Source: Thermotogota bacterium | GTDB lineage: Bacteria; Thermotogota; Thermotogae; Petrotogales; Kosmotogaceae | DNA: 11,470 nucleotides | Direction of reading: 5' to 3' | Assembly: GCA_034660555.1 (NCBI GenBank) | Contig: JAYEJL010000102.1 | Coordinates: 1-11,470 of the forward strand | Made by a program: the position numbers and the translations under genes | The notes under the pieces: generated by a model | Told to the model about the DNA's origin: nothing | The model's input: the letters and a program-made list of their open reading frames with translations, nothing else | Database searches by the model: none | Shown: in pieces, positions 1-9,100 of the stretch | Layout of the letters: each line of letters begins with the position of its first letter | Position numbering within the stretch: position 1 is the stretch's first letter

Positions 1-2423
1 TTCCAGGTACCCGGAAGTAAAGTAACCCCCAAGTCATACCAGTACAATGACTGTTCTTTACAATATTCTCTGTAATTAATTACTATATCAATGAATTCAT
101 CTAACTTATCGAAATCCTGCTCGATAACGGTTTTTCTTTGATTCAAATAGCTGATATACTGATCCATTTTTGGTGTTATCGTACTGAAAATCCTTCCAAT
201 CAACCTTGGTGTCTGTCTTTCGCTGAAGTAAATCATCGATGATTCGTAGTAGTCAACAGCATTTTGTAGCATCTGGATCTGAGAGAGATATCTTAAATAA
301 AGAACATTAATTTTCTGTTCATCAATAGCTTCGCTATTTTCATTAATGAATTCTTTATAAGGAGCTGTCCTTAAAGATTTTTCGGGAAGTGGAACAATTT
401 CTAGATTTCCATCAAATTCCTTTTGTATAAATGAAGTAAAGTTCCCCTGTTTATCATCCGCAGTAAGCACTTTGATAACCTCATCTGAAGTAAGATTCCT
501 ATTAAGTATTTGAGGTTTCGTTCCAAGTCCACCAAGATACCATAATGGCTTACCAAAAACAGGGTATACCGCTGTTGAAGTTTTGAAAAGAGAAACTGCT
601 TTACTGAAGTATTGATTAGATTCTTCAAGTAAATAGTTGTACTGTTCGAGATTTTTCTCAAGGTTTTCAGAAATCTCCTGAATTTCACTCTGCCTTTCTT
701 TTTCTGCTGCAGCTATGAAATCCCGCTCTGAAAGATTTGAGTATTTTTGCTTCAACGTAGAGCCTTTGGCTGCCATATAGTTTGTTAGATTCTTCAAGTA
801 ATCGAACTGGCCCTCAAAATTCTCCAGGTCAGATTTTAATTGTTTTACCTGATCAACATCAACTTTCATACTTTCTTGATAGTAAGCATAATAATATTGT
901 TGTGCTTCCTGAGCCTTTCTAAAGTAACCTTCACCAAGATAGGCAGTGAATTTAAGAAAGATCGAAGGGATAAAAAGAACGAGAAAAACTATAAGTAGCA
1001 ATGATCTTTTTATGTTGATTGGTTTCAGGTCTCTATTGAAGTACGAACCGGTTACAATTGCTACAATAAATACCCCAGCCATTAGATTTGGCTGCATGTG
1101 AAGCGGAAATTCAAACATTGTGTGAACAGATAATGAGAAAATCGCGGCTCCCATTGCCCCATACATAAGCAAATCCGACCGATTTGTTAATCCAAAAAGC
1201 ACTCTGAAGTATCTCGCAACAAGAAAAACCATAAAAAGCACAATGAAGATGAATCCTATTAGACCTGTTTCTCCCAGAACCTGCAAAAAGTCATTGTGAG
1301 TTCTCTTGAAATTATTCCAGACAGTCATATAACTCGGATTTGACTGAATTACATCAGGCGAATACAATAAATGATTCAGCTGAAAAGTCCCTATCCCTGT
1401 TCCAAAAAGAAGATGCATTCTGTTGGAATCGTCAACCCATTGATAAACAGAATTCTTCCACGCAGAAAATCTTTCGCTCCATGATCTGGTAGAGGTAATC
1501 GCTGAGCCTATTCTTCGTGTAACATTTACCTTCCCCCCTCCAGAAACAGGAGTTGGTGTTAAATACAAATAAGAAGTAACAATAACCAGGACCAATGCTA
1601 AAATCACAAATACTCTGCCGATTTTAGCAAAATCATCTTTTTTAAAAGATTCCATTTTCCTAGAAAGAAGTAGGTAAACTGCTATAAAGATTAGATTTCC
1701 AACAAGTATTCCAACCATAACAGTCCTTGTTTCTGCAACAAAGATAGCTGCAAGCATAGGTATCAAAAATGCAAGCAATACAGTCTTTAAAATTGTTACT
1801 GAAAGCTTACTCTTAAAAAGCTCCTTAAGTGGTCTGGGATTTACAAGGAAATATATCACCATGGGTATGGTAAGACCCATATAATCGGAAACAAAGTTTG
1901 GATTCCCGATGGTTGATCTCATAGCGCCTCTAGTTAAACTGTCACCTGTCTTACCAAGAAACAAATCATAACCTATATAAAAATTCAACAACCCATTAAA
2001 GGATACCACTGCAGCGGTTATTATAAATACAAGCATGGCAAACTCGATCTTAGTTTTTGTTTTGAATGCATTTGATATATAAATACCTGTAATAACAACA
2101 ATCAAAGCATAGATTGCAATATCAAGTGTGTATCTGAAATAATGGGGATTGTCTTGTAGTAAAGGGATAATAGAAAGTAAAGCAGCTACACCAAATCCAA
2201 GAGCAGCAATATGAACATTGTTGTAGTAAATTTTCAATGAATTCTGTCGCTTTTTTAGTAAACTAATTATCAAAATAACCGCAAACCCAAGAGAGTAAAT
2301 GAAATGTTTACCCGTTGATGGTTCATGGGTAAAACCCTTCAAAATAAACAACGGTATTACCAGTATCATCGTAAGGTAAATGACAGTTTCAATATCAAGA
2401 TTTAACTTCTTTTCTTTAACCAT
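1..2423 (-). CDS. O-antigen ligase / Wzy_C-family polytopic membrane glycosyltransferase (WaaL/PglL/Wzy-like) with a large C-terminal soluble domain; 3' end lies beyond the window
   Basis: Not in the ORF track because there is no stop in the window. Manual translation from ATG at 2423 (MVKEKKLNLDIETVIYLTMILVIPLFIL...) is open for 807 codons to the edge (...LGVTLLPGTW). AGGAGA RBS at 2431-2436. About 13 hydrophobic segments. Family motifs: RSTIGNPNF (~1893-1919), ETRT, ERFSAW...LLFGTGIGTF, THNDFLQVLGETGLIG (His at 1296-1298) and VHTMFEFPLH (His at 1122-1124). Hydrophilic domain from ~940 to the edge. Confidence 0.9.
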   Translation of the reverse strand, partial: MVKEKKLNLDIETVIYLTMILVIPLFILKGFTHEPSTGKHFIYSLGFAVILIISLLKKRQNSLKIYYNNVHIAALGFGVAALLSIIPLLQDNPHYFRYTLDIAIYALIVVITGIYISNAFKTKTKIEFAMLVFIITAAVVSFNGLLNFYIGYDLFLGKTGDSLTRGAMRSTIGNPNFVSDYMGLTIPMVIYFLVNPRPLKELFKSKLSVTILKTVLLAFLIPMLAAIFVAETRTVMVGILVGNLIFIAVYLLLSRKMESFKKDDFAKIGRVFVILALVLVIVTSYLYLTPTPVSGGGKVNVTRRIGSAITSTRSWSERFSAWKNSVYQWVDDSNRMHLLFGTGIGTFQLNHLLYSPDVIQSNPSYMTVWNNFKRTHNDFLQVLGETGLIGFIFIVLFMVFLVARYFRVLFGLTNRSDLLMYGAMGAAIFSLSVHTMFEFPLHMQPNLMAGVFIVAIVTGSYFNRDLKPINIKRSLLLIVFLVLFIPSIFLKFTAYLGEGYFRKAQEAQQYYYAYYQESMKVDVDQVKQLKSDLENFEGQFDYLKNLTNYMAAKGSTLKQKYSNLSERDFIAAAEKERQSEIQEISENLEKNLEQYNYLLEESNQYFSKAVSLFKTSTAVYPVFGKPLWYLGGLGTKPQILNRNLTSDEVIKVLTADDKQGNFTSFIQKEFDGNLEIVPLPEKSLRTAPYKEFINENSEAIDEQKINVLYLRYLSQIQMLQNAVDYYESSMIYFSERQTPRLIGRIFSTITPKMDQYISYLNQRKTVIEQDFDKLDEFIDIVINYREYCKEQSLYWYDLGVTLLPGTW

Positions 2424-2430
2424 AATTATC

Positions 2431-2436
2431 TCTCCT
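2431..2436 (-). promoter_or_regulatory. Shine-Dalgarno site (AGGAGA) for the ligase-family gene
   Basis: Minus strand reads ggctaAGGAGAgataattATG: 7-nt spacing, overlapping the ancestral ZIP stop codon TAA (2436-2438). Confidence 0.75.
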
Positions 2437-3162
2437 TAGCCCAATCAACCATCAAAAAGTGTCATTAAAAAACCATAGTTGGCAGAGTAGTTTTTTATCG
2501 TTAAAACCACAGCTATGAGTTTTCGTGATTACTCAATCACCGATAACATATACATTGCCCCACTACAAGTATCATTGAGTAAGGGGTAATATTTTCGGAA
2601 TGCTTATAAGAACTGCCCCAATAATAACATTAACTAATTCTAACATTCCAGTACCAAAAGACATCAAAAAAGTACTATATGGTTTATAAACAACACCTAC
2701 AAAACTATCAGTTGCTGATATCCCTCAGGAATATTTTGTATGCCGATAGCCAAAGCTATAGCTAGCGCTTTAATGCAAATGTCCAGCTTTGAAGGCCACA
2801 GCATCTGGTAATTTTGCAATGCTATCGCAATAACGAATAACCATATTTAACTAATTTAGTTGTTTATTAAGGTTCTTCATAACTCTTTATAATATGTTAA
2901 TCTTGGGGAACTTGTCCATTAAATCAACAGAAATACCACTTTGCAAAAATCCTATTATCATTTTTAGTGCTACTAATTTCTATAACGTTATAACAAGGCC
3001 TAATGTGGGAACATCCATCATAACTGCATAAACATAAGAAATATCAAACATCTTTCTGCTGACACCCTTTTTAAAAAACAGGAAAGGAAGGGCACCAATG
3101 GATGTGGCCATCCCAGCAATTGCGCTATATACAATACCTGTTAACGCCCCGTTAGAAAACAC
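2436..3162 (-). pseudogene. Degraded ZIP-family (ZupT/GufA-like) divalent metal transporter
   Basis: GTG start at 3162 gives the ZIP N-terminus (GIVYSAIAGMATSIGALPFLFFKK..SRKMFD), then TAG at 2980-2982. Recognisable ZIP fragments continue downstream in changing frames with more stops: IIGFLQSGISVDLMDKFP, HIIKSYEEP (remnant of the variable loop), IWLFVIAIALQNY (~2808-2846), KALAIALAIGIQNIPEG (QNIPEG at 2721-2738), FLMSFGTGMLELV..IIGAVLISI, GAM-YVIGD*VI..TH, and a terminal LG-TAA at 2436. The 727-nt span is about the length of an intact ~240-250-aa ZIP gene. Confidence 0.88.
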
Positions 3163-5408
3163 TATTTGTTGCCTCTAAAATAGTCGAGAATATTCTTTGA
3201 TTTTTTTCTATTTTTCTTTTTGCCCTTTTCATCGTAATAATAGTAATAGTAGTAACTTGAACTGTTCTTTTCTGCACCATTAATAAGAATTCCGAAAATA
3301 TTCACACTGATATTTTTAAGATTCTGCGTTGAAATCTTTAATCCATCTCTAAGTGTCATTCCTGGTCTTACCACAATAGCAATACCATCAAGTTTATGTG
3401 CCAGCTGTGAAACATCCGAAGTTATTAAAGCAGGTGGTGTATCAACAATTATTTTATCGTAACGTTCTTTAATCATTTTTAACTGTTCATCCAGTTTTAG
3501 AGATGAAAGTAAAATTGTTGGATTTGGCGGTATTTTGCCATGAGGAATGACATCAATATTTTCATCATAATGAATTATGGCTTCATCAAGCGTTATATCA
3601 TCTGTTAAAAGGTCTGCAAGTCCTTTTAGTTCATCATAACCGTTAATACTTTTCATTTTAAGCATTTGTTCAATTCTGGGTCTTCTCATATCAAAATCAA
3701 TTAAAAGTGTTTTATTTCCCTTTAAAGCAAAAGCATAAGCAACATTTGCACTAATAAAGGTTTTCCCTTCACCTGGTGTAACAGATGTAATGCCAAGTAT
3801 CTTATTATCCTGTAACATAAAGTCTATATTACTTGTAGCAAGTTTAATTGCTTCAGCCTGTGCAGAAACAGGACTATTTTTAACAACCAATTCATCGCTT
3901 AGTTCTTCTTCAGGTATGAGCGGAATTCTTCCAATAATCTTTTCACCACTATAACGCTCTATCTCTTCTTCTGTCTTCAATGTTTTGTCAAGATACTTCA
4001 TTAGAAAAACCGCCAGCATTCCCAGAAATATTCCAAGCACACCACCGATTGCCAGTGAAAGCTTTTTGTTTGGTTTGACTGGAAAATTTGGAACAATTGC
4101 CGAATCAACTACAGCTGCATTGCCAACTACAGCTGCTTCCTCAATTTTTGCTTCTTCAAGTTTCTCAAGAAATAAGGTATAGAGATTCTCTTTAATTGTT
4201 ACTTTCCTTTCTAACTCAAGTAAACGTTGTTCTATTCTAGGTAGCGTTGATAGTTGATCTTCATAATCTTTTCTCAATTTATTAACTGCCTCTTTTTGAG
4301 CTTCTAAAACATATACTTTTGATTCACTGCTTATAATATTTGTAAGAATATCACGGTAAACCGGATTCAATGTTTGGCTTTCACCTGTAAGTATAAAATC
4401 CTGCGTTTGCTCTTTTATTAAATTTTCCGTTTCCATGATTTCAGTCTTTTTTGCTACAACCTTTGGATCTGATTCTGAATACTGTTGTCGAAGTGAGGCT
4501 AACTCTATTCTCAAATCAACCAATTTACTTTTTAGCTGTGAAAGGATGGGATTTCTACTAAGCGTCTCAGAGGTTTTGATCCATTTTTGTTTTACCTCTT
4601 CTGCCTCTGAAGAGTCAAACTCATCAAGTAATTTTTCATAGGACTCCTTTTCAGCAAGTGTTTCTTCAAGCTGGACCTGTAATGTATTATACTGTTCATC
4701 ATATTTAGTAAGCATCTGTAAAACCCATCTTGCCTGTTCCTGCAATACATATATTCCTGTTTCTTCTTTATATTCTCTTAGAGATTCTGTTGCCTCATTT
4801 AGTTCTTTCTCAAGAGTTGGAATCTGCGATTCAATGAAACTCTTTCTCATTGCAATATCTCTTCTGGCAAGCTCAGCCAATTTATCATTGTATACTTTTG
4901 CAAGTATGTTTGCAATATTTTTTGCTAGAACAGCATCCTCATGCTGTACTGAGATACGAACTATCGCAGTATCCTTGACTGGCGAAACAGTAATAATGTT
5001 TCTAAGAGTTCTCACTAATGAAGACCTGATATCTTCCATTGTTTTGCCTTTTCTAAGCAAATCATCTAGTGTATCCTGTTCAATCATCTTATCGATCAAA
5101 TCTAACTGGTCAACTACTTTTTCAAGATTGCTTCTACTTTTGATTAGTTCTATCTCCGTAGAAATATTCTGAGAAGAGTAGCCACCAGAAACACTTTCTA
5201 TAAATATAGAATTTATTGAAGCCTGTGAGCTTCCTTCAACTTTCATGGTTACCGACGCTTCATAGATTGGTGTCGCGAAAAGCAAATACACCCCCGTTAT
5301 AACTACAACAGCAATTACAACTATAAGGAAGATTTTCCAGCGTTTTCTAAACATTCGGAGAATGTCTTCCAGTGTTAATTCTCTGTAATCCTGTGAGTTT
5401 TCCTCCAT
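3162..5408 (-). CDS. wzc: Wzc-type polysaccharide co-polymerase / bacterial tyrosine autokinase (single chain), 748 aa
   Basis: Wzz-type N-terminus (ELTLEDILRMFRKRWK) followed by TM1 and TPIYEASVTMKV. Long coiled-coil periplasmic region, VVDSAIVPNFPVKP motif and TM2. Kinase domain with Walker A (TSVTPGEGKT), A' (LLIDFDMRRP) and B (IIVDTPP), then a C-terminal YYYYYYY cluster. GGGGGT RBS-like sequence upstream of the ATG. Confidence 0.95.
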   Translation of the reverse strand: MEENSQDYRELTLEDILRMFRKRWKIFLIVVIAVVVITGVYLLFATPIYEASVTMKVEGSSQASINSIFIESVSGGYSSQNISTEIELIKSRSNLEKVVDQLDLIDKMIEQDTLDDLLRKGKTMEDIRSSLVRTLRNIITVSPVKDTAIVRISVQHEDAVLAKNIANILAKVYNDKLAELARRDIAMRKSFIESQIPTLEKELNEATESLREYKEETGIYVLQEQARWVLQMLTKYDEQYNTLQVQLEETLAEKESYEKLLDEFDSSEAEEVKQKWIKTSETLSRNPILSQLKSKLVDLRIELASLRQQYSESDPKVVAKKTEIMETENLIKEQTQDFILTGESQTLNPVYRDILTNIISSESKVYVLEAQKEAVNKLRKDYEDQLSTLPRIEQRLLELERKVTIKENLYTLFLEKLEEAKIEEAAVVGNAAVVDSAIVPNFPVKPNKKLSLAIGGVLGIFLGMLAVFLMKYLDKTLKTEEEIERYSGEKIIGRIPLIPEEELSDELVVKNSPVSAQAEAIKLATSNIDFMLQDNKILGITSVTPGEGKTFISANVAYAFALKGNKTLLIDFDMRRPRIEQMLKMKSINGYDELKGLADLLTDDITLDEAIIHYDENIDVIPHGKIPPNPTILLSSLKLDEQLKMIKERYDKIIVDTPPALITSDVSQLAHKLDGIAIVVRPGMTLRDGLKISTQNLKNISVNIFGILINGAEKNSSSYYYYYYYDEKGKKKNRKKSKNILDYFRGNK

Positions 5409-5426
5409 TACAATACCCCCAAACTT

Positions 5427-6125
5427 TTATATTGCTAATTCCTCATTCATAAAGGTTCTGTATTTTTGATTGGCAGTGTTAATTAATTTTCTGTTATCTT
5501 TGAATGCATGTTTATCGCTTCCAGTAAAATCCATCCAGTAATAACGCTCTAGCATATTTAGTATCTTCTTTTCCTTTGGTGAAGGATCAACAATAGTATT
5601 CCAGTTGACCTGAAATAAAACGCCCATATTTTTAAGTTTTCTCAAGAAATCTGTTGGCTCAAATATTACCTTAAATAATCCCGATCTTCTTCTTCTGAAA
5701 AGATAATCATATCTTTCGATATGAGCCAGTATAATTCTATAACCTCTTTTCTGCAGTTCAGATAATTCTTTTTCTGCAGCCACCGGAAACATATTTGTTG
5801 GAAATTCAACTAACAAATAACCACTGTTTCCAAGGGCAATAATGTCTTTTTTCGAAACCTCAGGAACAATATAAACCTCAGATCCCATTTCAAGAACCAT
5901 ATCTTCATCAATTTCTTTTTTTAGCATCTTAAACCGTTCATTAAACAGTTCCGGTTTTGACCTGATAATAGGAGAATGTATATGAGGTGTAAGGAAAATC
6001 TTATGTATACCATTTTCCTTCATCTCCTTAATTATTTCTACACTCTCTTCTAGACTATTGCTACCATCATCCACACCAGGTAAAAGATGGCAGTGCATAT
6101 CCACGCCAACCAGATTCCTTTTCAA
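5427..6125 (-). CDS. PHP-family protein-tyrosine phosphatase, CpsB/CapC/YwqE type, 232 aa
   Basis: Metal-ligand motifs DMHCHLLPGVDDGS, LTPH, GSE, YLLVEFP, IILAHIERY, LFQVN and GSDKH. Lies directly upstream of the BY-kinase. TTG start with GGTGAG upstream, 7 nt after the wza stop. Confidence 0.93.
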   Translation of the reverse strand: MKRNLVGVDMHCHLLPGVDDGSNSLEESVEIIKEMKENGIHKIFLTPHIHSPIIRSKPELFNERFKMLKKEIDEDMVLEMGSEVYIVPEVSKKDIIALGNSGYLLVEFPTNMFPVAAEKELSELQKRGYRIILAHIERYDYLFRRRRSGLFKVIFEPTDFLRKLKNMGVLFQVNWNTIVDPSPKEKKILNMLERYYWMDFTGSDKHAFKDNRKLINTANQKYRTFMNEELAI

Positions 6126-6132
6126 CAGTTAA

Positions 6133-9100
6133 TCACTCACCATTGATATTTACACCTATATTAATACCCGAGCTCACAACTCCAAGTACATCACCTAAAA
6201 AGCTTACAATTTCCTTGATGTTTACATACAGGGTTTGAGGAACATAAACAACAAAATTTGGTTCGAGATAGATATTAGTATCTACTTTTGACTTTAAAAG
6301 AGGTTTTACAGATAGATCAACTGTAGTAAAATCTGGTGTTTTTTCAGTATAGTCTCCCTTAAATACTAAAGTATTGGAGCTCTTTGCATCAGCTGTAAAA
6401 CCACCTGCGCTCAAAATTGCTTCGATTACCGTCATTTCTGGCAAATAATCGATGGCACCTGGATTTTTCACGGCGCCAAAGACATATACTTTCAAAGGTG
6501 CAGACCTCACATAAATTGTTGACCCGGGAACTATTTTCTTAGAAAGAATTTCCATATTTTCAGAAGAGAAACTGTTGTATGTAACTTCATTACTGGCGTT
6601 GATTATTGAAATCCACGCTCCTGAGGTAGTCTTTAAACCCCCAGCTTCTGATAGCAACTCTGAAACTGTTTTCGTTCTCCCAAAAGACATTGGTGAGAAT
6701 AGACCGGGGTTGTTAACATCTCCTAGAATGGCTATCCTCTCCTCATTAGATGATACAACATATATAAAACTATCTTTATTTAATCTAATCTGCTCATTAG
6801 ACTGAAGTACGTCAGGGGAATATTCTTTAACGATATCATTATCACTAAATACCTTGATAGCCTTGGCATTTTCAAGAAGGCCGCCAGCTTTTGAAATAAC
6901 GTTTCCCAGAGTAGGTATTTCCCTTGACTGGAAAATATACGTTCCAGGATTTTTAACTTCACCAAGAACAGAGACATTGATCTCTTTTACTGGTCTTACA
7001 AATACAATATCTCCATTGCCAAGGATTATTTCTTTGGACATGAATTCATCAACATCATAATTATCCGTTGTGCCATCACTACTTTTTACAGTTATTTTAT
7101 TGACAGCACGTTCATTAACAATGCCCCCTGCTTTACCTAGCACATGCATAGGAGAAGTCTTTTCTTCAACAGAGAAAGTTAACAGTCCAGGTGATCTGAC
7201 ACTACCAAGTACCGTGATTTTCTTAATTCCTTTGTTGACTATCACAGTAGAACCAGGTTCTATTGTGATTGTTTTTCCCTGCATTATGTCAGAAATTTCA
7301 TATTCATTAATAACACTGTCAGGACCCACTGTTTTCACAATATTTCCTGCTGATTTAAGTGGATCCCCAGCCTTAGCCAGAGCAGCTGATAAAGTTAACC
7401 GTTCAAATCTATTAAAATTAACTATCCCAGGTCTGCCAACCTCACCGGTGACATATACGAAACTCTCTTCCTGCCTTGGCACATAGAGTATCATCCCATC
7501 TTTCAAATCGATATCTTTTACGGAAACAAGATTCATCCAGTTGTATTCAGCTTCTGATCCAGAAATCTTCACAAACTCACCGGCTTTATCTGTTAATCCT
7601 CCAGATTTAGCAATTGCTTTCAGGATGGTTGGTTCTTCATCTTTTTCAAAGGCAACAACCTTGGGATTATTTACTTCACCCAGTACACTTACCCTTATGG
7701 GCTCATATTCAGGAACAAAAACCATAGTTTCATCTTCCAGTACAGGATTTATCTCAAGCCCGTTATAAATCCTTTCAAGATTTATTTGTTTCATCATTCC
7801 TTCTGATGTTATTATCTTGACCTGTTTTTTAAGTGCTTCAGGTAAGGTCCCGTTGCTATCGGATATAGCTTCAAGCAACGTAGGATTATTACCTGATGGG
7901 AATAATTTAACTCCAGGTGATGCAACAGCACCAAGTACATAGATTTTAGATTTCGTATCAGGACAAATAACTACTGTCCCCGGCTCAAGTTCACGATCTT
8001 TCTCCCTTAATGCACTGAATTTGATAGTAGTCCTCTTTCCATTAGGCAAAAGGAGTTCAATTGACTCATTAGAGGAAAAGGTTAATAAATCAACTTTGGC
8101 AAGTGCGTTTCTAAGTGTTAGTCGCTCATCGGGTCCAAAGTTTATTCTACCACCACTTTCAGGTGTAATCATGTATATATATTTTCCCTCAGCACTTTTA
8201 GCGTAAATCAGCATTTCATCACTAATTGAAATCTCAATGTTTTCGTTAATAATGTCATATAACTGTACGGTGGTCTTCTCATTTTCTTTTGTAATCTCAA
8301 GTACACCACTTGCGTTTCCTAAAAGCCCGCCAGCTTTACTTAGCGCATTAATTACAGAGTGTTCTTCATTCTGTTCAAAATAAACTGGCCCTGGTTTTTG
8401 AACAGCTCCAAGTACATTAATTTTGGTTCTTAATTCGGGAACGATCAAAATAGTTCCGGGAACCAATTCTTTATCAGTTTTCTCCAGACTGCTTACCTTA
8501 ACTTCGTTCCTGGCTCCATTAGGTCTTTGAATGGTAATGTTTCTTTCAGAATCAAAGTTAAGTAAGTTGTAGCGTGCAAGAGTGTTCTTCAATGTCATAT
8601 TTTCATCAGGCTCGAAGGTAACCTTACCTCCAATTTCTGGTGAAACCATATAGATGTATTTTTCTCCTGCCCTGGGTACATATATTGTCGTTCCATCAAG
8701 TAATTCAATATCATCTTTTTTGGTAATAAGCTCTTTCAAATTGGTTGTAGATGAATCTCCGCTCACGTTATTTATGAGTAATACCTCAGTTTCATCGGCT
8801 TCAATCTTTGTTCCTCCAGCACGAGATATAGCAGTTAACAACGTTGGAGTTGTATTAGTGAATGAAATAGTTCCTGGCCGATTCACCTGACCCAATACGT
8901 GAAGTTCTGAATAAGCATCAGGATATTTAACAATTGATCCATTTTCAAGCTTGATATCGTCTTCCTTTAGTTCTTTGCCTGAAATCATCAATTTATTGTT
9001 TTCTGAATCGACTATCGTTATAATTGAAGAATCTCTAACATCAAGAAGATTGAGTTTTGCCAGAGTATTTCTCAGAGTTAACCTTTCACCTTTACTGAAG

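Noticed and set aside
401..688. 95-aa minus-strand ORF in the track
   Set aside because: Alternative frame nested inside the continuous ligase-family CDS; no recognisable motif or RBS.
879..896. YYYAYY motif in the transferase as a possible Wzc kinase substrate
   Set aside because: With ~13 TM helices this segment would be periplasmic and out of reach of the cytoplasmic kinase; no other support.
1533..1538. G6 run (minus strand) as a phase-variation tract
   Set aside because: Too short, in frame, and explained by Gly-Gly-Gly codons.
2980..3162. 60-aa ORF as a stand-alone small protein gene
   Set aside because: It is the N-terminal fragment of the ZIP pseudogene; ZIP similarity continues past the stop.
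3985..5172. Plus-strand ORFs 3985-4182, 4435-4641 and 4834-5172
   Set aside because: Antisense shadows of wzc with the Ser/Leu/Phe-rich composition typical of reverse-frame readings.
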